Source: Candidatus Delongbacteria bacterium (GTDB lineage: Bacteria; UBA4055). Taken from it: DNA of 60,491 nucleotides. Below the pieces are notes generated by a model. It searched no databases. It worked only from the letters and a program-made list of their open reading frames with translations, and was not told the DNA's origin. Made by a program: the position numbers and the translations under genes. Where the stretch lies: the NCBI GenBank assembly GCA_003252515.1, contig QKDR01000029.1, forward strand, positions 1-60,491, read 5' to 3'. Positions 9,370-17,898 of this stretch are shown in pieces. The stretch's first letter is position 1. Each line of letters begins with the position of its first letter.

Positions 9370-12300
9370 TTATTTAATAATCACAAATTTACCAACCTGC
9401 TCGTAGCTGTCGTCATCAACGTCCTGAACGCTGAACAGATAGATACCTGATGCAACAGCCTGGTTGTTGTCATTAATAAGGTCCCAGGCGGCGCCGTATT
9501 CGCCGTACATATATCTCGCTGTAACCCTTGCGTTGCCGTTGTGCCCTATCGTCTTGACTAGGTCTCCGGCCAGAGTATAGATCCTGATGACCGACCTTAA
9601 AGGAATGTTCATGAAAACGATCTTCCTGTCCTGCTCTTGCCATACGTCCGCGCCGTCAACGTTCTCCCATCCCATTTCTTCATAATCCACATCTCCTCTG
9701 TAAGGATTTGGAACTACATAAACGTCATCGTTTCCTGATATTTTTGTAGGTATCACTGAAGTACCGTTCGTAGCAGGGTTTGATTTCAGGGCCGGAGTTC
9801 CGGTCTTCGGATCACCATAGTCTGAGGATGTTACTGCGACATAATTTTCTTTAGCGTAAAGTTTGTTGTGAAGAACGAATTTATATTTTTTGTACTGTAT
9901 AGTATCTACTACGTTCTCGGCAACGTTCAAGTATTTTACGTCATCCGACACAGTGTAGGTATATACGCCGTCAAGTGAATGGTTCTCATGGTACGATCTG
10001 TTGTCTCCGAAAGGCTTGAGCATCCATATCTTGTTTTCCTGTACTATGGTCGTCAATCCTGAATCTACAAGCGCGAGATATTCGTCTTCAGATATCGGAG
10101 CGTCAAGATAATTACCGACTTCGCTGACGTCTTCGTAAATGTAGTTGATGTTGTCCATGCCGAAGAGTTCTGTATAATTTTGAGAATTGGCGTTCGGAGA
10201 TATCTGTATCTGATATCCTTCAAAGTCCTTCGTTCTTGTGAACGGGTCAATGTAATGCTCGGGTCCTGTATAAGCTTCGAATCCGTCTTCTTTTGTAAAG
10301 AACTCGTGAGAAGCCCATTCTACCGTTACGTCGTTGTTATTGTAAGAAACGCTGATCTTAGGTGAAGGCGGAGGCGGCGGTCCTGTAAAGTCAGGCACTC
10401 CGTCACCGACGTCAATTTTGCCGTTGTCGAAACCGTACCTTATCCACTGACCGGGAGTGACCTGAGGATCAGGATCGATGAGATTATCGTAGATCACCAT
10501 GTATCCGTATCCGTCGCGGTCTCCGTTAGCGCTTGTACCGGTAATCCCGTATTTGCCGTCCTGGCTTTCTAGCTCTCTACCGTAAGGCAGAAGCACATCC
10601 TCGCTCGTAGCGGTATGACCGTAAATGTCGGTCAGTTCCACGGTGAAATCGGTAAGCTCGAAATCACCCTCTCCGTTCTCATCGTCCGGTCCGGAATATT
10701 CCTGCTCGTACCACCAGCAGACCGGATCGTTCTTCAGGTCGCCGAAGATACCGTCCGCTCCGACATCCTCTCCGTACCAGCCGTCTCCTTTAGTCTCGCC
10801 GTTCTTGTTGACGTAAGTGTCGTACATAGGGATATCATATACCCTTTCAGCCCATACTACGTTATAAAGCGCGTCGTACCAGCCTTTGTCATATAACGAT
10901 ACGTCAAGACCGTCGTCCAGATTCACTACCGTGTCGTCGTCGTAATTCGGGTCCTGATCGAGTGAAGTATGAAAGTTCTCGTTGACGATAAAAGCCAGAG
11001 TAAGTTTCAGCGAGTCCCCATTCGCAAATTTCCAAACCGCTTTGTTCGGTATAACATCGTCAAGAGTGCCGTCCATATTGGTGTCTATAGCGATATTATC
11101 TACAGTCTCCGTTCCGAGAGGCCCGAAAGACAGCAGGTATTTAACATCCGCTCCGTTGGCAAGATCGTTCAAAGCGGGAATATCACCGTCAGGGACTTCA
11201 CCGTATCCGGGTTGGCCAACGTCTGCAGCTGTAGTCCAGTTCTGCCATTTATTGGCCTGAGCATATGGAGTGCCTATCATATAATCCGGATCTTCAAGAA
11301 GTCCGAGTCTCAGATCTCTCAGTTTGTACTGTTCGTAATCGAACTCGTCGTTCGACATTACCATATATCTTCCTCTGTCACCTGTAGGTCTTCCTTCGGT
11401 CCTTCCGCCGTACAGCGGATCGGATCCGTTATTGCTGCTGACCATCAGATTGTCATGGTTGTCGTCATCATATCCTTTCTGGAAAGTACTCAGATCGTAC
11501 TGCCATACAACCGGGTCAATTCCGTCAACCTGTGCCGTGGAAGGTCCGTGAAGACCGGTCTTCCATCTCGGACCCCAGTCTATAGATTCGTCGTTGGATT
11601 CCGCCACGTACATATTGAACGCGTATCTCAGGTTCGGGTTCGGGTTCCTTAAAACCCTTACGGTAGCAATAGAAGTCGCACCGTCGAGAGGTGCTCCCGA
11701 ACCGGGTTCTCCCGATGCGGAATAGTATCCCTGTCCGGTATAGTTCCTTCCGTCGTTATCCGCCGCCCACGCGAGGTTCAGGTCAACAGTTTTCTGCAGA
11801 CCGGTAGCCGGGTCTATATAGTTATCCCATTTCTGGATAAACCCTCCGAGATCGTCCGCATGATCGTAGGTCCATGGCGCGTAAGTCATACCGATATCGC
11901 AGTCGAGATATACTCCCATAAAGAAATCGTATATGTCCTTTCCGTCGGTGTTCCTGTTATATAATGTATAATCAATTATAACGAATTTCTGGGCGTAGTC
12001 GTAAGACCATGAATAACTTTTCTGCCTTACTTCTATTCCCATTGGGATGTGGTCCCTTTTATCGTAATCGTCCTGTCCTGTGTATGGCGATCTCAAAACG
12101 AATTTATCAGTGTACATCGTATTGAACTGCTCTTCAGCAGTTGCCAGAGGATCGTAAACCTCTTCGAACAGACAGCTTACTTTTCCCTCGACATTCGAAG
12201 TTTCCACTATAGTTCCGAGCGTTGTTCCGGTCTCGTCCTCAACGAATTTGACCGGCCACAGCTCTCTAGCCATATCGTCCGGACCATTAGTTCCTGTCCA

Positions 12301-12693
12301 GCCTTCATATCCTGTCGTACAAAGAGGTCCCTGAAATACGTTGGCAGACTGACCGCCGATATTAACCGAAGCAGAGTCAAGATATCCTCCGAAAAGCAGA
12401 GAACCTACGAAAAGGAAGTCCGTTCTGGATCCGCCCGGAAGCTCGCCTGAAACAGCTACACTTCCTGTACACGGGTCTTTTAGTCCGTCGGGGTTCCCGA
12501 AATATCCGTTGTTAGTGACCATCATCCAGAAAAGGCCAGCCCTGTGAACCCTGTTCGCCTGAACCGGTTTCAGTTCCTTGGAGTCCTTAACCGAATAGCT
12601 GTCATCTGACGGTCCCGGATAGGCTGTTCTTGCCATTGCCGAGAATGCCATTATCAGCAGTATCGCGGTTACCGGTTTTAAGATTTTCATCAA
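9370..12693 (-). CDS. large secreted hypothetical protein (1107 aa) with C-terminal FlgD-Ig/T9SS-like sorting domain
   Basis: Signal peptide MMKILKPVTAILLIMAFSAMA. Contains a PPPPPSP linker. The C-terminus VYVVPNPYRG...IRIYTLAGDLVKTI...GIYLFSVQD...GKFVIIK resembles a sorting/Ig-like tail. Confidence 0.6.
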   Translation of the reverse strand: MMKILKPVTAILLIMAFSAMARTAYPGPSDDSYSVKDSKELKPVQANRVHRAGLFWMMVTNNGYFGNPDGLKDPCTGSVAVSGELPGGSRTDFLFVGSLLFGGYLDSASVNIGGQSANVFQGPLCTTGYEGWTGTNGPDDMARELWPVKFVEDETGTTLGTIVETSNVEGKVSCLFEEVYDPLATAEEQFNTMYTDKFVLRSPYTGQDDYDKRDHIPMGIEVRQKSYSWSYDYAQKFVIIDYTLYNRNTDGKDIYDFFMGVYLDCDIGMTYAPWTYDHADDLGGFIQKWDNYIDPATGLQKTVDLNLAWAADNDGRNYTGQGYYSASGEPGSGAPLDGATSIATVRVLRNPNPNLRYAFNMYVAESNDESIDWGPRWKTGLHGPSTAQVDGIDPVVWQYDLSTFQKGYDDDNHDNLMVSSNNGSDPLYGGRTEGRPTGDRGRYMVMSNDEFDYEQYKLRDLRLGLLEDPDYMIGTPYAQANKWQNWTTAADVGQPGYGEVPDGDIPALNDLANGADVKYLLSFGPLGTETVDNIAIDTNMDGTLDDVIPNKAVWKFANGDSLKLTLAFIVNENFHTSLDQDPNYDDDTVVNLDDGLDVSLYDKGWYDALYNVVWAERVYDIPMYDTYVNKNGETKGDGWYGEDVGADGIFGDLKNDPVCWWYEQEYSGPDDENGEGDFELTDFTVELTDIYGHTATSEDVLLPYGRELESQDGKYGITGTSANGDRDGYGYMVIYDNLIDPDPQVTPGQWIRYGFDNGKIDVGDGVPDFTGPPPPPSPKISVSYNNNDVTVEWASHEFFTKEDGFEAYTGPEHYIDPFTRTKDFEGYQIQISPNANSQNYTELFGMDNINYIYEDVSEVGNYLDAPISEDEYLALVDSGLTTIVQENKIWMLKPFGDNRSYHENHSLDGVYTYTVSDDVKYLNVAENVVDTIQYKKYKFVLHNKLYAKENYVAVTSSDYGDPKTGTPALKSNPATNGTSVIPTKISGNDDVYVVPNPYRGDVDYEEMGWENVDGADVWQEQDRKIVFMNIPLRSVIRIYTLAGDLVKTIGHNGNARVTARYMYGEYGAAWDLINDNNQAVASGIYLFSVQDVDDDSYEQVGKFVIIK

Positions 12694-12721
12694 TTTCTCC
12701 TTACATTATATTATATAATAA

Positions 12722-15700
12722 TTACCACGCGTAGCTTACGCCGAAACTATAATGTCTTCTTTCGTCAATGTTCTCAGGATTAACCCAATATTCAGCAAGG
12801 TTTTCCGTCCCTGTCTGCTCGTAATACTGCGAACTTCTTCTCCACCAGCTTCCCGTATCCGGATAAACTGCAAGAACGTTGATCTTGTTGAACACGTTAT
12901 AAACATTGAACTCGAATTTAAGTCTGCCGTAAGAAACGTTGTTCTCTCCGTTAAAAGAGAATGATTTGGATAATTTTATGTCCGTATTTGATGTCCACGG
13001 CATTCTTTCGGAATTTGTTTCTATGTCTTCCGCAGCAACAGCATAATTATAATACCATGTGTTAGGAGTGAAAGGTTTTCCGCTGCCGAAATCGGTCGTA
13101 ACACTTAATGACCAGTCGTCGGTATAAGGCATTCCGAAAAGAGTCTCACCCTGTCCGTAAAGAAGAGTGAAATATGTATTCAGAGAATGTCTCTCATCCC
13201 AGTCCAGCGGAAATTCTTTGACTTCGTATTCATCTTCTTCAAGGTTGGATGTCTGGCTTGAGGATTTTCCGTAAGCATAAGAAAGAGTATAAGAAAGTCC
13301 CCACATGTAGTGATCGCTCAAACTTTTATCAACCGAGATCTCCACACCTCTTGATTTACCGTAATCAGAGTTATAATAGATCGTCGCGTTCGTAACACCA
13401 TATTCATAAGTTTTAGTGTTGATCATGTCGTAGATATCTTTAAAATATCCTGTTATGTCTACAAGATATTCACCGATCTCGTTGACGACTCCGAGTTCAT
13501 ACTGAACGTTCCTTTCGTAATCAAGGTTCATATTACCGAAAAGAGGGTTCCTTCCAGCTTTCGTGTTCGGATCATATACGAGAGTATAGTTAGGAAGCTG
13601 ATACAGGTGACCGTATGAGAAAAAAAGTTTCGAAGTTTCAGAGATCGAGTGTGATATACCGAACCTTGGGCTGACAGCGTAAGTATATTTATTTATATCC
13701 TCTTCATAGCCGAATTCACCTTCATCATATTTTTCTTCGTAATCATCGACCGATTTGTCGTCGAGAATTCTCATATCAAGTCTTACACCTGCATTTACAA
13801 CGAGATCCTCGAATTCCATTTTGTCCTGAAGGAAAGCGGAGAACTCTTTTGGCTGATAGGCGTATAATGTTTTTTCTTCACCTCTTGTAGGATAATCGTC
13901 ATCAGGGTCTACCTCATACATATCGGTGTCATAATAGTAATAGGGGTTGACTATACTGTAGTAGTTGAGGTCGTTCATAGTGAATTCAAATCCAGTCTTT
14001 ATCATATGGAATCTGTTGATCTGGTTAGTGTAACTTCCTTTGAATTTCATAACTGAGTTATCAAAATCCTGATAAGTAATACCGTCGAGATAAGTACCCG
14101 GCTGAAGAAAACCGGAGCTCTCGTTCCATGCATCATTGTAATTGTAATCAACGAAATTCTCTCCCATATCATATGCGTTGTTCGGCTTGTCGTATGTACC
14201 ATTGCTGTTGTTGTCTATCCAGGTTGAATAAACTTCATCGTACGTGATCAGCGCTATGTTGGGAACTCCTACGTACATCGCCGACGGAGCTCTGTAAACG
14301 GAATACGATCCGGTGAACTCAACATAATCCGAAGGATTGTCAGAAGGTGCGTGACCGGTAGTCCATCCCAGAACCGATTCGTCCGTTGAAGAACCTTCGT
14401 ATCTCCATGAAGAAAAAGCCTCGAATTCGTCGAAAACTCCGTCGCTCCATGAGTTGTAAACGTCATTGAGCCTTGGTGTCGGCTGCGATGTCGAACCAAG
14501 CGAAGATCTCAGGTCCTGAAAATATTCTTTCGGATAAGTCAGTTCGAGAACCGTTCCGTCCCCGTATTTATCTGTAACGGTTGCATTGTAGAAATCACTG
14601 GTCTTTATAAAATCTATCCTGTTCCAAAATGCTGCAGACCCGCCGGGGTATGTGGCTGTGTAGTCTATTGAATCGGCGGTATCGGCGTAATTACGGACTA
14701 TTATCGTAAGATCGTATTTTCCCGATCCTTCGTCCCACATTCCGTTGGCTTCCTCTATCAGTTTACCGCCGGAAAGGTACAGTCTTTTCTGATCCACGAA
14801 AGGCTCCCCTGTGTCATTGAACCTGTCACCATCGGTGAAAGGCTCGTCGCCCGATACGTTATAAATATCCTTGTCATAATGTCCGGTACCGTTCTGATCG
14901 TCGTATCCTTCAACGATCTCAGTTGTCAGACAGTCGCCGTTGAAACCTGTATATGATGTACCTTTTTCCCAGTAATCCCAAGCGTTATTTCCGTTGGAAT
15001 CGTAAAGTTTATCTCCGTCCCAAGTTCCGTTCATGTTTGCGTCATAAGCAGGGTCATAAGCAATGAAAGTATCGCCTGTGCTGTATTCGCCGTCTCCGTT
15101 GACGTCAACGAAATACTCTCTGTCAAAATAACCGTTCTGGTTATTGTCGACGTAACCTTCCGCGTCACCTCCGTCCCTGACTCCGTTGTTTATTATATCG
15201 TGCTTAGCGAAACTGAAATTGTCAAGCTGCGATTCATAAACGAATTCGTCGGGCTGCTTTCCTCCCGGAAGATTTTCAAACTCTCTGTTGTAATACGAGA
15301 ATATAAAATCGTAGTAGCTCTGCTGATTGAGCGTATGCCTCCAGTTCAGATTGAAGATCGTGACATCCTCCAGCTGCTCCGTTGCGGTTTCCGGAGTGTA
15401 TCTGTAATCATACTGATAATCATAATCATGAGTTCTTGATTTGGTATAACCGAGACTCAGTTTCATAGTCGGAGAGAAATCATAAGCCGATTTAAGGATG
15501 ATGTTAAAATTATTCTCTCTTGATTGCGGCAATTCGAATCCGAAACCAGTCAGGTCATAGTCCTTAAATTCAAAAAAATCGCCGTCAGGATCTCCATTAT
15601 CCCTGTATGATCTGGTGTAACCGTTCTGCAGTGTAAAATCAGTAGCTATATAATATGTTGGCTTCATTCCACTCACAGGAAGAGGTATCGGACCGCTGAG

Positions 15701-16474
15701 ACTGAACTCTCCTCTGTTGTAATCAAGCTTGCTGTCCCCGAAAAAAGAATCAGTTGTATATTTAACATGTCCGGAAGTTTTCTCCTGATCACCTATTTTC
15801 ATGACGATGTTGACACTTCCTGAAAGAGCGTCGCCGTATTCAGCGTCAGGTATACCTTTCTGAATGTTGAAAGATTCCACATTGGCAAAGTTGATCTCTA
15901 CCGGATTCGTTTTGGCTCCAGTAGGGTCGCCCACCGAAATACCGTCGATCACATAACTTACCTCACCGGCCCTACCTCCCCTGAAGTGAAGTTCTCCTTC
16001 AGCGTCAGTTTTGATACCGGCAGTTCCTTTCAGAACATCCTCAACCTGAGTCACTGCAAGTGTTTCGATGTTTCCCATATCTACTGTCCTTGCTGAAGTG
16101 GTCTTACTCGGATCGACTTTCTGTTCCATGACGACCTCGGCTACGATCTCCTGAAGCTCAATCTCCTCTGAGGACATTTTAAAGTTCTGAGTAGTCGTCA
16201 GACCTACCCTTACTTTGATATCTTTAGCCTCCTTAGGTGCATATCCCACAAATTCGGTCTTGAGAGTGTAGGTTCCGGCTCTCACACCGATAATGTAGTA
16301 ATATCCATCTTCATCAGCTTCCGCACCCCATGTAGTTCCCACAACCATAATGTTCGCACCCGGAAGAGGATCTCCCTGCTCGTCAAGGACTACACCCTTA
16401 ATCTTACCGGTTGTTTGAGAAAACAAGACTGTTGCGAATAGGGCGATCATCATTAAGACGACACTTCTTTTCAT
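12722..16474 (-). CDS. TonB-dependent-receptor-like outer-membrane protein with CarboxypepD_reg-like N-domain and a large inserted loop region
   Basis: Signal peptide. GKIKGVVLDEQGDPLPGANIMVVGT...GYYYIIGVRAGTYTL is CarboxypepD_reg-like. A plug-like segment follows (LKGTAGI...HFRGGRAGEVSYVIDGISV). The C-terminus has alternating beta-strand character and ends in the aromatic residues YAW. Confidence 0.75.
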   Translation of the reverse strand: MKRSVVLMMIALFATVLFSQTTGKIKGVVLDEQGDPLPGANIMVVGTTWGAEADEDGYYYIIGVRAGTYTLKTEFVGYAPKEAKDIKVRVGLTTTQNFKMSSEEIELQEIVAEVVMEQKVDPSKTTSARTVDMGNIETLAVTQVEDVLKGTAGIKTDAEGELHFRGGRAGEVSYVIDGISVGDPTGAKTNPVEINFANVESFNIQKGIPDAEYGDALSGSVNIVMKIGDQEKTSGHVKYTTDSFFGDSKLDYNRGEFSLSGPIPLPVSGMKPTYYIATDFTLQNGYTRSYRDNGDPDGDFFEFKDYDLTGFGFELPQSRENNFNIILKSAYDFSPTMKLSLGYTKSRTHDYDYQYDYRYTPETATEQLEDVTIFNLNWRHTLNQQSYYDFIFSYYNREFENLPGGKQPDEFVYESQLDNFSFAKHDIINNGVRDGGDAEGYVDNNQNGYFDREYFVDVNGDGEYSTGDTFIAYDPAYDANMNGTWDGDKLYDSNGNNAWDYWEKGTSYTGFNGDCLTTEIVEGYDDQNGTGHYDKDIYNVSGDEPFTDGDRFNDTGEPFVDQKRLYLSGGKLIEEANGMWDEGSGKYDLTIIVRNYADTADSIDYTATYPGGSAAFWNRIDFIKTSDFYNATVTDKYGDGTVLELTYPKEYFQDLRSSLGSTSQPTPRLNDVYNSWSDGVFDEFEAFSSWRYEGSSTDESVLGWTTGHAPSDNPSDYVEFTGSYSVYRAPSAMYVGVPNIALITYDEVYSTWIDNNSNGTYDKPNNAYDMGENFVDYNYNDAWNESSGFLQPGTYLDGITYQDFDNSVMKFKGSYTNQINRFHMIKTGFEFTMNDLNYYSIVNPYYYYDTDMYEVDPDDDYPTRGEEKTLYAYQPKEFSAFLQDKMEFEDLVVNAGVRLDMRILDDKSVDDYEEKYDEGEFGYEEDINKYTYAVSPRFGISHSISETSKLFFSYGHLYQLPNYTLVYDPNTKAGRNPLFGNMNLDYERNVQYELGVVNEIGEYLVDITGYFKDIYDMINTKTYEYGVTNATIYYNSDYGKSRGVEISVDKSLSDHYMWGLSYTLSYAYGKSSSQTSNLEEDEYEVKEFPLDWDERHSLNTYFTLLYGQGETLFGMPYTDDWSLSVTTDFGSGKPFTPNTWYYNYAVAAEDIETNSERMPWTSNTDIKLSKSFSFNGENNVSYGRLKFEFNVYNVFNKINVLAVYPDTGSWWRRSSQYYEQTGTENLAEYWVNPENIDERRHYSFGVSYAW

Positions 16475-16554
16475 AACTCACTCCATCTTTATTTTAATTA
16501 ATCTCTCGCATATATACATCTTTGCATTCCATTCCTTAAATGCAAATCAGAGCT

Positions 16555-16583
16555 AATATAGCTCCTAATTTATGAAATTGCAA
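16555..16583 (-). promoter_or_regulatory. candidate sigma70-type promoter for the 16474->1774 cluster
   Basis: On the minus strand: TTGCAA (16583..16578), 17-nt spacer, TATATT (16560..16555). It sits about 80 nt upstream of the receptor start codon. Confidence 0.4.
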
Positions 16584-16692
16584 ATCAAAATATTTTTTAT
16601 TTTTTCGTCGTATTTCCGTATATGTTGATTTTGGGTGATTTTTATATTATCTTGAACCGTTGGATTTATTACTCAAACCGGAGTGCTATATC

Positions 16693-17898
16693 ATGAAAAA
16701 TCTCATAATCATCAAATTGACGGTTTTATGCATTTTGTCATTTACCCCGATCATATTGTCTCAGGAGCCGGGAATGAGGAAGTCGTTCTCGGACGAAATA
16801 ACAGGCCGTACATTCAATAATTTCAGAACAGATTCGACAGAAGTTCTCTTTTATCAGGTATTTATTCAGGATGAGTTCCTGTATGACGAACCGAAGAACA
16901 ACGCCGAAGCCGTTTACACTCTTGATTCCGGCACTTTTGTTGAAGTCGCGGAAGAAACCGGAGGAAGTTTCATAAAAATAAAAGCCCTCGACAAATTTCA
17001 CGGGATAATTGAGGGATGGGTACGATCGAATGCGCTGAAAAAAGAAAAGTATTACGCAAAACCGTTCGGCGGATCGAAAAAAAGTTCTGATACTTCCATA
17101 AGCGATCTCAGGAAAAATCCCCACTGGATAAGGTCCGGTTCCGCTATCGTCTATTCAGACAGCTCTAGATCAGCAGCATTAGCGATCCTTAAGGCAGGCG
17201 ATCCGGTTTTTGTAAAGGAATTCATTACGGAAGATTATTATCCTGTTTATTTTAAGAATGGCGAAGGCGGTTTATCCGAAGGTTTCATTAACACTGCAGA
17301 CATTTCAGAATATGCACTAATTCCGAATGCATCGACCGATATAGACGAACTTTATAAGATTTATAATCCTATACTGATCAGGAACGATCTCGATAAAGCC
17401 GGCTTCATATCTTTTAAAGGTATCAGTTTCAAAAATAAAGATGTTACTGAATTTACAGAGGACAAGGTCTGCAAAGAAAGGTCCGCTGACACTTTATCGT
17501 TCAGATATTCCTTAAGTTCCAACATTCATGACATTAAAAAAAGAACTGAAATCAGGAACAGACCGGAAAAACCGTCGATCGCCATGTACAGGTTCCTTCC
17601 GGATGAAAACATACTGACAAGCCGCGATACGGTCAAATGCAGAGTTATAGAAATTGCCTCGGTACCGCGTATCGCAAAGATCACTGTCGGAGGCATAGAA
17701 GAATCTTCAGTCACCAATATGATCTCGAAACTTTATATTACAACTCTTGACAATTTCGGTATGGACATCGTATTTCACAAAGAGGTCGAAGAATTTACTT
17801 TCAGCTACAAAAAAGACATATCGAACGGAAAGATATTCGATACTAAGACCGACACAGAAAAAGTAATAAAAAGACTGATCGCTTTCAGGAAGCACTGA
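16693..17898 (+). CDS. hypothetical secreted protein, possibly with SH3b-like repeats
   Basis: The ORF is 16660..17898. I prefer the start at 16693 (MKNLIIIKLTVLCILSF signal peptide, GGAG RBS). Family assignment is weak. Confidence 0.55.
   Translation: MKNLIIIKLTVLCILSFTPIILSQEPGMRKSFSDEITGRTFNNFRTDSTEVLFYQVFIQDEFLYDEPKNNAEAVYTLDSGTFVEVAEETGGSFIKIKALDKFHGIIEGWVRSNALKKEKYYAKPFGGSKKSSDTSISDLRKNPHWIRSGSAIVYSDSSRSAALAILKAGDPVFVKEFITEDYYPVYFKNGEGGLSEGFINTADISEYALIPNASTDIDELYKIYNPILIRNDLDKAGFISFKGISFKNKDVTEFTEDKVCKERSADTLSFRYSLSSNIHDIKKRTEIRNRPEKPSIAMYRFLPDENILTSRDTVKCRVIEIASVPRIAKITVGGIEESSVTNMISKLYITTLDNFGMDIVFHKEVEEFTFSYKKDISNGKIFDTKTDTEKVIKRLIAFRKH

Noticed and set aside
10969-11652. 227-aa plus-strand ORF, plus many similar 60-180-aa ORFs (for example 2187..2636, 6513..7049, 39204..39749, 43165..43683, 53685..54209, 59047..59547)
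   Set aside because: All are antisense or out of frame within long, motif-supported genes. Their products are compositionally odd (Arg/Ser/Leu-rich). They are typical shadow ORFs.
9370-12693. The 1107-aa protein as the PorU sortase and the 714-aa protein as PorZ
   Set aside because: Size and adjacency to a PorV-like gene are suggestive. However, I could not identify a C25 peptidase His/Cys dyad or any other diagnostic motif by eye. It is kept only as a hypothesis to test.
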